Shown: in pieces, positions 26,908-35,474 of the stretch
Position numbering within the stretch: position 1 is the first letter of the stretch
Layout: each line of letters opens with the position of its first letter
NCBI GenBank assembly: GCA_021399395.1
Contig: JAAFKJ010000147.1
Coordinates: 1 to 40,535 of the forward strand
Direction of reading: 5' to 3'
DNA length: 40,535 nt
DNA from: Candidatus Heimdallarchaeota archaeon
GTDB lineage: Archaea > Asgardarchaeota > Heimdallarchaeia > Heimdallarchaeales > Heimdallarchaeaceae
The notes under the pieces: model-generated
Seen by the model: only the letters and a program-made list of their open reading frames with translations
Told to the model about the DNA's origin: nothing
The model's database searches: none
Translations under genes and position numbers: made by a program

Positions 26908-28119
26908 TCAAATTACTTTCATACTTTTTCCTATTTTTTCCATAGTTTCAAGAATATAATCAACTTCTTCTTCTGAGTGGGTTGCCATAACACAACAACG
27001 TAATCGTCCTGCTTCCATTGGAACAGCTGGATAAACTATTGGAGGGACAAGAATACCTTCTTTCTTCATTTTCTTTGCAAAACGGAAGGTTTTGGTATCA
27101 TCTCCAATTATGACGGGAACTATTGGAGTATCTTTGCTCTTCAAAGTATCGTACCCTAATTCTTGCACTCCTTTGATAAAGTGTGTATAGTTCTTTTGAA
27201 GAGTTCTAATGAGATCCTTATCATTTTCAATAATCTCAAAAGCTTTTAGTGCTACAGCAGCACAAACGGGGGGAAGAGCTGCACTAAAAACAAATGCATT
27301 CGAAGTGAATTTAAGATAACTAATTACTTCCTTTTTAGCAGCTAGATAACCACCAATAGAGGGAATTGCTTTACTCAATGTTCCCATATAGATGTCCACA
27401 GAACCAGGTTTAAGGTCAAAATAATCGTCAACACCTCTGCCATTTGGACCTATTGTACCAAGAGCATGAGCTTCATCGACCATAGTAAAGGAGTCATATT
27501 GTTTAGCAACTTCAATAATCTCTGGCATGGATGCTATGTCGCCATCCATACTATATACGCCATCAACAACCACTAGTACCCGCTTGTAATTGGATCGATG
27601 TTCATCTAATACTTTCTCTAAATCACCGATATCATTATGATTAAATCTCTTCCAATCTGCTTTTGATAAAATACAACCATCGTATATACTTTGATGATCA
27701 TATTTGTCAATGACGATCAGGTCGTCCTTACCAAAAAGTGTAGAAATTAATGTCATATTAGTTACATATCCACTACTATAGACTATGGCACTTTCAGTTT
27801 TCTTAAAATCAGAGATTTTCTTCTCTAATTCTTCATGGATATCTGCTGTTCCTGTGAGTAATCTTACTCCACCAGCACCACTACCATATTTGTCGATAGC
27901 TTCGTGTGCTGCTGCAATTATCTCGGGGTGATTGACTAATCCAAGATAACTATATGAACCAAGCATTAAGAGTTCTTGATTATCTATCATTACTTTATTT
28001 GATGCTGCGCCTTGAATTGGTAACATATAAGTCATAAGTCCAAATCTGATGAGATTTTTCTCTCTATTCAATAAATCCTTGATTTTTTTATTATCTGTAA
28101 TATCTGTAAACTTACTCAC
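26908..28119 (-). CDS. PLP-dependent alpha-oxoamine synthase (BioF/Kbl/serine palmitoyltransferase family)
   Basis: SYLGL, SGYVTN, HQSI, FNHND, DGVYSMDGD, DEAHALG, GTLSKA, YPAVP..RLR. Confidence 0.9.
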   Translation of the reverse strand: MSKFTDITDNKKIKDLLNREKNLIRFGLMTYMLPIQGAASNKVMIDNQELLMLGSYSYLGLVNHPEIIAAAHEAIDKYGSGAGGVRLLTGTADIHEELEKKISDFKKTESAIVYSSGYVTNMTLISTLFGKDDLIVIDKYDHQSIYDGCILSKADWKRFNHNDIGDLEKVLDEHRSNYKRVLVVVDGVYSMDGDIASMPEIIEVAKQYDSFTMVDEAHALGTIGPNGRGVDDYFDLKPGSVDIYMGTLSKAIPSIGGYLAAKKEVISYLKFTSNAFVFSAALPPVCAAVALKAFEIIENDKDLIRTLQKNYTHFIKGVQELGYDTLKSKDTPIVPVIIGDDTKTFRFAKKMKKEGILVPPIVYPAVPMEAGRLRCCVMATHSEEEVDYILETMEKIGKSMKVI

Positions 28120-28280
28120 CTCAGTATGAAAGGTCTAACATATTTCGAATTTAGAAACTAACATGTTATTAATAAAACTTCACTTGAAATTTAAAGAAAA
28201 TATACTGAATTACAATAATTTCCCAGTTCAATTTTTGTGGGGTTTAAATAGGTTCAATGGACAGAGAGTACTGAAAGTAA

Positions 28281-28646
28281 ATGACAAGGTTTTGGGGAGA
28301 TAATGAAGAAGCTCGTACTTCAGCCAAAAGAACTATAGAAACCCATCTTCAAACAATCACAGAAAAACAAGACCACATCAATATCCAAGATCTTTTCAAA
28401 TTGTTGTGGAATGATTATCATTTATTTGAACATTACTTGCGTTTGGTGCTCAGACTAGAAGAATTAGAAAGTGAAGCCAAAATTACAATTGATTCCATGA
28501 AAAATCTTAAACCAGTAAAAATGACAGTTCTTGAATCAAATGGGTTAAAGGAGATAAAAGTGTGGGATTTTTACAATAAAAAGGAAAAAGTGGATATAAA
28601 TAAGAGAATTATAGAGCGATATAAGAAAATCAATTATCTTACATAG
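28281..28646 (+). CDS. Hypothetical protein
   Basis: 121-aa ORF filling an intergenic gap, with TATA-like TTTAAATA upstream; no motif recognised. Confidence 0.6.
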   Translation: MTRFWGDNEEARTSAKRTIETHLQTITEKQDHINIQDLFKLLWNDYHLFEHYLRLVLRLEELESEAKITIDSMKNLKPVKMTVLESNGLKEIKVWDFYNKKEKVDINKRIIERYKKINYLT

Positions 28647-28724
28647 TTTTTAATGTTATTTAATCGAAAAATATAAAGAGGGGAGAAAAAAGTAAGGAAT
28701 AGTCTAAGTTTGACTCTGCATTTT

Positions 28725-28802
28725 GGGCCAGTAGTCTAGCCTGGATAAGGCACCTGCTTGCGGAGTAGGGAATCGCAGGTTCAAGTCCTGCCTGGCCCGC
28801 CA
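28725..28802 (+). tRNA. tRNA-Arg(GCG), no intron
   Basis: Acceptor GGGCCAG/CTGGCCC, anticodon stem CCTGC/GTAGG, GCG at 28760-28762, T arm GCAGG-TTCAAGT-CCTGC, G73, encoded CCA. Confidence 0.96.
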
Positions 28803-28809
28803 TCCTTTT

Positions 28810-30759
28810 TTATTTTTCCCCTATATATCCTTCCCCAAACCATCTGAATATGATTTCATCTATTTCTTGTTCCATTTTATCATTCATTTCTCCATGGAAT
28901 TTAGCAGGATATTCGATTTTATTTAATTCTTTAACAGTCTCATGTAAAGCTCTACGTTGATGGAAAGTATCCTTTCTTGTTATCATTACAGTTCCTGTTT
29001 CTTTATGACCAAATTCGGCCAATATTACTATATCCTCACCATAATCAATTTTCATTACTCTTCCGATTTCTCCAGAAAAAATTTCTGAAATTATATCTTT
29101 TGCAGCTCTGACCATTCCACCAAAAAGAAGTATGTCATCAACGATTTTTTCGTCTCTTAGAAACCTCTTTAATGGAATCCCAGACCTATGTAAAATAATG
29201 AGCTGGTTTGGAGTAATTGTTGTAGTATCGGCAACTAGAGGGACATTATATCTAATTAAGTCGACCAATTCTTTAATGATTTTTTGAGTTTCCAAAATCA
29301 ATCTTCGTTTTTGTTGAATGTTGCTAGTTTTAAAAATAGTTTTACAATTTTTGTCAACATCTAGTAAAATTGGCTTAAGCGTCGTATCCGGTTGTTTCTC
29401 AATTGTAAAGACCTTCAAATCATCTAGTAACTTTGCACATAAGTTAAGGTCTTCTTCTTTTGGATTGGATAAATAGTTGAACAGAATGACTTGGATGAGA
29501 TCGATAAGTATCTTTGCTGATAAATGATCCATTCTTCTCTTTACTGACACATTTAATGCTTGGTTCAGATAATTTTTCCCCTTGGACATATTCAAATTCA
29601 ATATTTCCTTTTTGCCAAAGAAATATAAAATATGGGGGTTTTGCTCAATTTCTTCAGTTGTTTTACCTTCTAGAATGCCCCCCAAGATCTGATTAAATTC
29701 TATCATCTCTTTCTGTTCTAAATATAATTCTGCTAAAGAATAATCAACTAATTCATCTTTTGCACCTATTTCATCTAATATTTCCTTAGCTAAGATAAAT
29801 TCCTTAATAGAGGTAGTTATTAGTCTTTTTTGAGCATATATCTCTCCTAAATTTGAATGAACCAATGCTATAGATCTGTTATCATTCCATTTTTCATACA
29901 AAGGAATGACACTTAGAAGTCGTTTTTCAGCACTTTCGAAATTTCCTTGCATTCTTTCAACATCTGCAAGATTTGAAATTGCTGACACTTCTCCTCCCCT
30001 ATCTCCAAGTTCTTTAAAATGTGTCCCTGCAAGTTCAAAGTAATTTTTAGACTGGTTCCAATTGCCAGAGTATTTTTCCAAGATTCCTAAGAGTGCATTA
30101 AATTTTGCAATATGTACTCTGTCCCCATAATCCTTCGCAGTGGAAAGTATTTCCATACAATTATTCTTTGAATCTTCAACATTTCTTTCGGTTCTTGCAG
30201 ACCAAAGTTCCCCATAAACACAGTTGAGATATAAATCCAAGAAAACTGATTTTCTCTCGCTCTCTAAGAATGTCTCGATTTCTTCACGTATTTGGATAAA
30301 CTCTGAGATAGCATCTTTCTTCTCCCCTCTTCTATCTTTAATTCTAGCTATTCCTATTTTGCTAGCTAGACTTATCAAATGATCTTGATTATCAAGGAGA
30401 GTTTTGAAAATAGTTTCAGCTGTCTCATATTCTCCTTTACGTGATATAGAAAATCCTTGCCAAAGATTAAGATAATTATTATTATCATATTCTACCAATT
30501 TTTCTTCTAATATATCTGTTAATGAAAGATTATAGAGAATTTTTCCTAAGATAAACAATAAAATATTAGATGCTTCTGAGGTTTTTGATAATATGGTGGA
30601 TATAAGATTGAGTTGTTCTACTAAAGAATTACTTCTGCATTCAACCTTTAACTGCTGAAATAATTCTCTTTCTTCTAAAAACCAGAATTCAATATAATTT
30701 CTAATTTCAGGAAAGAACAAATCTTTATCCATTTTAAAGCTCCGAATGTTTTGACTCAT
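28810..30759 (-). CDS. TPR-repeat protein with C-terminal longin-like domain
   Basis: TPR units (LGIL...GNWNQSKNYFELA; SNLA; SNLGEIY); C-terminal LIILHRSGIPL...LFGGMVRA...SEIF. Confidence 0.8.
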   Translation of the reverse strand: MSQNIRSFKMDKDLFFPEIRNYIEFWFLEERELFQQLKVECRSNSLVEQLNLISTILSKTSEASNILLFILGKILYNLSLTDILEEKLVEYDNNNYLNLWQGFSISRKGEYETAETIFKTLLDNQDHLISLASKIGIARIKDRRGEKKDAISEFIQIREEIETFLESERKSVFLDLYLNCVYGELWSARTERNVEDSKNNCMEILSTAKDYGDRVHIAKFNALLGILEKYSGNWNQSKNYFELAGTHFKELGDRGGEVSAISNLADVERMQGNFESAEKRLLSVIPLYEKWNDNRSIALVHSNLGEIYAQKRLITTSIKEFILAKEILDEIGAKDELVDYSLAELYLEQKEMIEFNQILGGILEGKTTEEIEQNPHILYFFGKKEILNLNMSKGKNYLNQALNVSVKRRMDHLSAKILIDLIQVILFNYLSNPKEEDLNLCAKLLDDLKVFTIEKQPDTTLKPILLDVDKNCKTIFKTSNIQQKRRLILETQKIIKELVDLIRYNVPLVADTTTITPNQLIILHRSGIPLKRFLRDEKIVDDILLFGGMVRAAKDIISEIFSGEIGRVMKIDYGEDIVILAEFGHKETGTVMITRKDTFHQRRALHETVKELNKIEYPAKFHGEMNDKMEQEIDEIIFRWFGEGYIGEK

Positions 30760-31384
30760 AGAACGGACTATTTTTCTTCAAAGGAATCTGCGAAAAAGCT
30801 TCAGCATGAATAGTGGAAGCTTGAGCTCCCCTCATCAAAGTTCTATGCTTGTGAAATTTAATGTAGAAATTTTCTCCGCCCTTATAAAGTTGAGACTTGT
30901 AGCATTTGATAGCAGATTCTTTTATTTCATAATATTCTGTTATATCTACTAGTATGTGGGGATTTGGGATTAGGATTGTTGTTTCTGCAACATAGAGTTT
31001 GGAAACAAGATGAGGATTTTCATATTGTGTTTCATGAGCTGCCCATTCAATCCCCTCTCTAACTATGCTATAACTAGTTCTATGATCGCTATGATAATCC
31101 TTTTCTAAATGCGTTATGATTATTTCTGGTTGGAACTCTAAAATAAATGAGATGAAATCTTTGGTTATCTCCTTTTCATGATTAGCAACATCATCATAAT
31201 CAAAGATGATGGGACTTTGGACACCTAGAATTTTAGTAGCATCAAGATATTCTTTCTTCCTAATTGGAGATGAAGAAAGACACACTGTACTTACATTGTG
31301 GTTAGTACTTGAATACTTAGCTATAGTGCCACCTGAACTCAATGATTCATCATCAGGATGTGCAAAAACAAACGCAATTTTCAC
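30734..31384 (-). CDS. PIG-L family N-acetylglucosamine deacetylase (BshB-like)
   Basis: AHPDDE, GGTIAK, R..E, HSDH, VDIT..K..AI..Y.SQ, AEAF. Confidence 0.88.
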   Translation of the reverse strand: MKIAFVFAHPDDESLSSGGTIAKYSSTNHNVSTVCLSSSPIRKKEYLDATKILGVQSPIIFDYDDVANHEKEITKDFISFILEFQPEIIITHLEKDYHSDHRTSYSIVREGIEWAAHETQYENPHLVSKLYVAETTILIPNPHILVDITEYYEIKESAIKCYKSQLYKGGENFYIKFHKHRTLMRGAQASTIHAEAFSQIPLKKNSPFYESKHSEL

Positions 31385-31438
31385 AGCAATAAGTTAAGAA
31401 AGAAGATATAAAAAGAATTCCCATATTATTATGCGAAT

Positions 31439-32461
31439 TTACTTTTCAAGGTATTCAACAGCATAAATACCAGTTTTGTACCCATCACCTATTAAGACTG
31501 GTGCATAATCTATCTCTCCTCTGATTGTGCCAGCTGCAAACATTCCACTGATATTTGTTGTATTGTTCTCTGAGGTATGAATATGTCCTTTATCATCAAC
31601 TTTCAGATCAAAATTCTGCAGATATTTTAGATCTGGTTTATCTTTTAGTTCGATAAATACAACATCGGTAGAAATCTCCTTTTCTTCACCTTCTTTTGTA
31701 AACTTAACACCTTGAGCAACATTTGTTCCAATAATCTCTACATTCTCTAACTTGATATTGTAGTTAGTCTTAATATTAGAAGTTGCTTCTATTTTTTTCA
31801 AGAATCTTTTGTCACATCCTAGTTCTGCATCTGGACAAAGAACAGTTATTTTACGACAATATTTTCTTAAAAACAAAGCTCCTCTTGCAATGAAATTACC
31901 AGTTCCGATAATCACTGCTTTTCTACCTCTGAAAAGAGCTCCATCACAAACAGCACAATGAGAGACCCCTTTATGAACAAAGTTTTCTTCTCCCTTAATA
32001 GTATTTTTTAATTCAGGAAGGCCAGTTGATAAAATTATTATCTTAGCTGTATATGTGTCTTCATCTGTAAGTACTTCAAAACCTGTTTCGAGTTGGTTAA
32101 CGGTTTTAACGTTATCACTTATGCTGAGAATTGAAGATGATTCATCTAAAAGAGCTAAAGAGTCTGATAAATCAACTTTGTGACTATCCTGTTGATCATT
32201 CATTTCCTGAACAACCTTTTGAGCTGATTCTGAATTCAGTTTACCAAGTTGTTCGGTTACCTTCTGGATTAAATCTACGCCAACAACTTTGTCAAAGCCA
32301 GGTATATTTTCGATTTCTCCTTTCTTTGCTGTATTAGAATCGAATGGAATTCCAAAAAGTTTGATCTTTAAATCAGGATTCTTTGAATAAACTGCAATTG
32401 CTGCTGACATTCCAGTTAACCCTGATCCTATAATGGCTATGTCACAAGTGTTATCCTTCAT
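31439..32461 (-). CDS. Thioredoxin reductase-like flavoprotein
   Basis: IIGSGLTGMSAA, IENIPGF, KGVSHCAVCDG, GMFAAG. ATG 32461 preferred over track TTG 32488. Confidence 0.85.
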   Translation of the reverse strand: MKDNTCDIAIIGSGLTGMSAAIAVYSKNPDLKIKLFGIPFDSNTAKKGEIENIPGFDKVVGVDLIQKVTEQLGKLNSESAQKVVQEMNDQQDSHKVDLSDSLALLDESSSILSISDNVKTVNQLETGFEVLTDEDTYTAKIIILSTGLPELKNTIKGEENFVHKGVSHCAVCDGALFRGRKAVIIGTGNFIARGALFLRKYCRKITVLCPDAELGCDKRFLKKIEATSNIKTNYNIKLENVEIIGTNVAQGVKFTKEGEEKEISTDVVFIELKDKPDLKYLQNFDLKVDDKGHIHTSENNTTNISGMFAAGTIRGEIDYAPVLIGDGYKTGIYAVEYLEK

Positions 32462-32585
32462 AGTTGTAAAAACATTCTCAAAATACAAAAACTTTGTTGA
32501 AAAGGAAAGACATAATCAAGAATAGATTCATTAGCAAAGGTATTTCTTTCTTTGGTATTTAAATATCCGAATCAGTAAAGAATAG

Positions 32586-32712
32586 TGAAGCTAACTAGAA
32601 ATTTTCATTTAATCAGGTCGCTAACACGATGAGAACAAAAAATGATAATATGAGTAGCCAATGATTTTATTCATATACACTTTGGTTTAAGAGTTAGCTT
32701 CATGTTCTCATC
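32586..32712. other. Interleaved inverted-repeat element (candidate structured RNA)
   Basis: TGAAGCTAACT 32586-32596 / AGTTAGCTTCA 32692-32702; GATGAGAACA 32628-32637 / TGTTCTCATC 32703-32712; internal hairpin 32650-32675. Confidence 0.4.
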
Positions 32713-32795
32713 ACAATTAGAAAAGCAACACTCATTAAATTGTCAAATATAATTATATTGCTGCAAAAGAAAAGATAGAAAGGAAAAAAGGGGGC

Positions 32796-33014
32796 TTAGT
32801 TTTCGTCTACCAAAAAATAGAACACACTACGCATATCGTTTAAGTTGCTTCTTTTGACGATTAACCCCAATTCAATCAATCTTCTTAAAGCATATCTTGC
32901 TGTTCTTGCAGGAATTGCTGAAGCCTTAATTAATTGTTTTTGAGTTAATGGTCCCTTTTTTTCCAAGATTGTTAGTAGTTTCTTGCCTGAAACTGGTATT
33001 TCTTCATCTGCCAT
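32796..33014 (-). CDS. Small winged-HTH DNA-binding protein
   Basis: GPLTQKQLIKASAIPARTARYALRRLIELGLI...DMRSVFY; SD-like AAGGGG upstream. Confidence 0.85.
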   Translation of the reverse strand: MADEEIPVSGKKLLTILEKKGPLTQKQLIKASAIPARTARYALRRLIELGLIVKRSNLNDMRSVFYFLVDEN

Positions 33015-33058
33015 TTTGGTTATTCCCCTTGCTTCGTAAGTTATACAGATAACCTTTG

Positions 33059-33145
33059 TTTATAAAAGCAATCTCAGTATTTTATCCGCCATTGCTCTAT
33101 AGTTCCTAGTAGGTTTATCCGCGATAGTAAGATTGCTGTATAGTT
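33059..33145 (-). promoter_or_regulatory. Putative TATA box and repeated operator-like motifs upstream of the wHTH gene
   Basis: TTTATAAA at 33059-33066; TTTATCCGC twice; ATTGCTsTATAGTT twice. Confidence 0.4.
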
Positions 33146-33343
33146 TTTAATACTCGATATTTTTCTCGTAATATCTTCCTAATACAAACATGCTCCGTTC
33201 CTTACTATATCATTACTTTACCTTTTCTTATATAAACTCCTAAATTTCCGTATTTTAAACCCATGTAACACTAGATGAAATGGTTAGAACCACAACAAAG
33301 CTTATAAAATATTGTTCATCTAATGTATTTCTAGTGAGAAACT

Positions 33344-33802
33344 GTGAGTCACAAAGTTGAAAGCTCTCCAGAAATATACCATTTAGCTAATCAATTACAG
33401 CGTATTAACTATCTGGGAAATGTTCAAACAATACAAATTGAATTTGAATTTATTTCTGAGGATAAGAAAACTGAACTTGAACAAAACTTCACAGATTCAA
33501 CGGGGATGGGGCAATATAAGTCAGATATGATTATTCTTGAGCAGATAACAGGTAGAGATATGCTTGAAATAATCAATACCCTGCATAATGTCAATTTAAT
33601 TTTTGGAGATTTATCAGTGATCGATGGGATTACTGCTCTTGTGGAGATAAGCTATAAGGGCGAAACATTCTTTGTTGTAGTTTCGTATAATCCTACAACC
33701 AGCGGACTAGAATTAATCTCTACATCTGAAAGTCAGTTGTATTTCGAATTATTAAATTTCATAAGGACAAAATGGGCCCTATCCAAAACATTTCTTAAAT
33801 AA
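33344..33802 (+). CDS. Hypothetical protein
   Basis: 152-aa ORF with GTG start and TTATAAAA about 40 nt upstream. Confidence 0.7.
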   Translation: MSHKVESSPEIYHLANQLQRINYLGNVQTIQIEFEFISEDKKTELEQNFTDSTGMGQYKSDMIILEQITGRDMLEIINTLHNVNLIFGDLSVIDGITALVEISYKGETFFVVVSYNPTTSGLELISTSESQLYFELLNFIRTKWALSKTFLK

Positions 33803-33817
33803 ATAATCCACTTTTTC

Positions 33818-34924
33818 TTAGAAACTAATTATGTTTTCACTTAACACTTTCATTAACAATCTTAATTTCGAGTAAATATCAGAAGAATCTAGTGTGCTTT
33901 TTTTGCGCTCTATCCTATCGCTAATATCATACAGAATATACGAAGCAATATGAAAGTTGATTGTTAAATCTTCAGGATACAAGTCTTCTAGATCAAAATT
34001 CGTTCCTAATTTTCTTAGAGCAAAATTATAACCGTTTAGAAATGCAAATATGTCTTTCTTTGTGTCATCTATGTTACCATATTTCTGGAACTCCTTCATA
34101 CATGGTTTTGCAAAGAACGTTCCTATATCTTCTGATCTGTCTCTCCCAGTCATTATAAATTCAGGGTCAATAATGTAGACTTTAACCTTAGGTGGAAATT
34201 CTTCAATCGCGTCTTGTGTGATGGTTGTTACATCTGAAGAGAAAAGTAAGTTGCCTTGATGGAAATCACCATGTATCATGGTAGCACCTAATGATTTTTC
34301 CAATGAAACAAAAGAAGGTAGCATTAAATCCAGTATTTCTTCTTGGATGGATGAATCTCCTAATATTGAAAGCAAGTAAAGAATAAGTTTTTTGTAAGGT
34401 TCTGTAACAAATTTACCAGTTTCTGTTCCATGAATAGCTGCAAGAGTTTGTCCAGCTAGTTTGTGTTTATAGTCTTTTTCGACATTTGTTTCTCTGAAAC
34501 TTTTTCCAGTAACTCCTTCATAGATAATACTTCTATTTTGTTCACTTTTGTAAAGTATTTGAGGGATATAGATCCCAGGAAATCTCTTAGGGACCATTGA
34601 GATAATTTCATAGTTTTTGATTTCTTTATTAAACCGTACATCATCTGCTGAAAATTTCACAACAAGGTTGATTGAATGCTCACCAATATTAGTATTAAGA
34701 TAATAAGTTACAAAGTGAACTTTAGATTTTGATGTTCCTTTCTCAACAGAATTAACATCCTTGATTGAGATTGCAGTGGGCATCTCTCCAGTATTTTCAA
34801 ATATTTGCGTTTTGAAAACATTCTCTAAACTGTCTCCTATTGTTGATAGAATTATTTTCAGTTTTTGCTTCTTCCTAACTGAATCAGGAGATAGATTTAG
34901 TCCTTCACTACTCAACTTCAACAC
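33818..34924 (-). CDS. APH/choline-kinase-like phosphotransferase
   Basis: VVK, helix-C Glu, HGDFHQGN and IIDPE motifs. Confidence 0.85.
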   Translation of the reverse strand: MLKLSSEGLNLSPDSVRKKQKLKIILSTIGDSLENVFKTQIFENTGEMPTAISIKDVNSVEKGTSKSKVHFVTYYLNTNIGEHSINLVVKFSADDVRFNKEIKNYEIISMVPKRFPGIYIPQILYKSEQNRSIIYEGVTGKSFRETNVEKDYKHKLAGQTLAAIHGTETGKFVTEPYKKLILYLLSILGDSSIQEEILDLMLPSFVSLEKSLGATMIHGDFHQGNLLFSSDVTTITQDAIEEFPPKVKVYIIDPEFIMTGRDRSEDIGTFFAKPCMKEFQKYGNIDDTKKDIFAFLNGYNFALRKLGTNFDLEDLYPEDLTINFHIASYILYDISDRIERKKSTLDSSDIYSKLRLLMKVLSENIISF

Positions 34925-34989
34925 TTAGTTCCTAAAAAAGAGTACAAAAACTCACTGAAAAACTTAACTCTAATACTCTGAACACTTTT

Positions 34990-35376
34990 TTAAATCAGAA
35001 GATTAAGGGGATTAACCATCCCAACTATTTTGTCACCATCTACAATAATTAGATGATTTATTTTTTGTTCTTTCATTTTAAGCAATGCGGAGGATATCGT
35101 ATCAACTGATTTGATTTTGATAATTGGTGCTTGCATCACTTCTCTCACTTTTACCTTTTTCAGGTCTTGTTCCTGTGAAATAATCTTGATAATATCTTTA
35201 CTTGTTATAATGCCCACAGCATCTCCATTATCAACTACAAGCAGAGATCCAATATCAAAATCAGCCATTATCGTTATAGCATTATTTAGGTTTTTTGATG
35301 ACTTAATAGATAATGTGCCTTTAGTCATTACACTCGATACTGGATCATCCGTTTCATACGTTCTAAGTGTCATCAC
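34990..35376 (-). CDS. Stand-alone CBS-pair protein
   Basis: VSSVMTK, IGSLLVVD..VGIITSKDI, VREVM..P, HLIIVD..VGMV. Confidence 0.9.
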   Translation of the reverse strand: MMTLRTYETDDPVSSVMTKGTLSIKSSKNLNNAITIMADFDIGSLLVVDNGDAVGIITSKDIIKIISQEQDLKKVKVREVMQAPIIKIKSVDTISSALLKMKEQKINHLIIVDGDKIVGMVNPLNLLI

Positions 35377-35474
35377 AATACCCTATGAATGATACAAGTT
35401 AAAGATTTCGCATAGGTGCAATCACTAACAAACAAGCGATAAAGATAATTAGCTAAACTTTCTAACTGTTATTA

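Noticed and set aside
28725-28810. tRNA 3' ends as integration sites
   Set aside because: No integrase or transposase, and no duplicated tRNA 3' fragment noticed in the window.
32489-32795. SECIS element or small ORF in the trxB upstream region
   Set aside because: No neighbouring gene has a plausible in-frame UGA, and the ATG-started frames checked are only about 10 codons.
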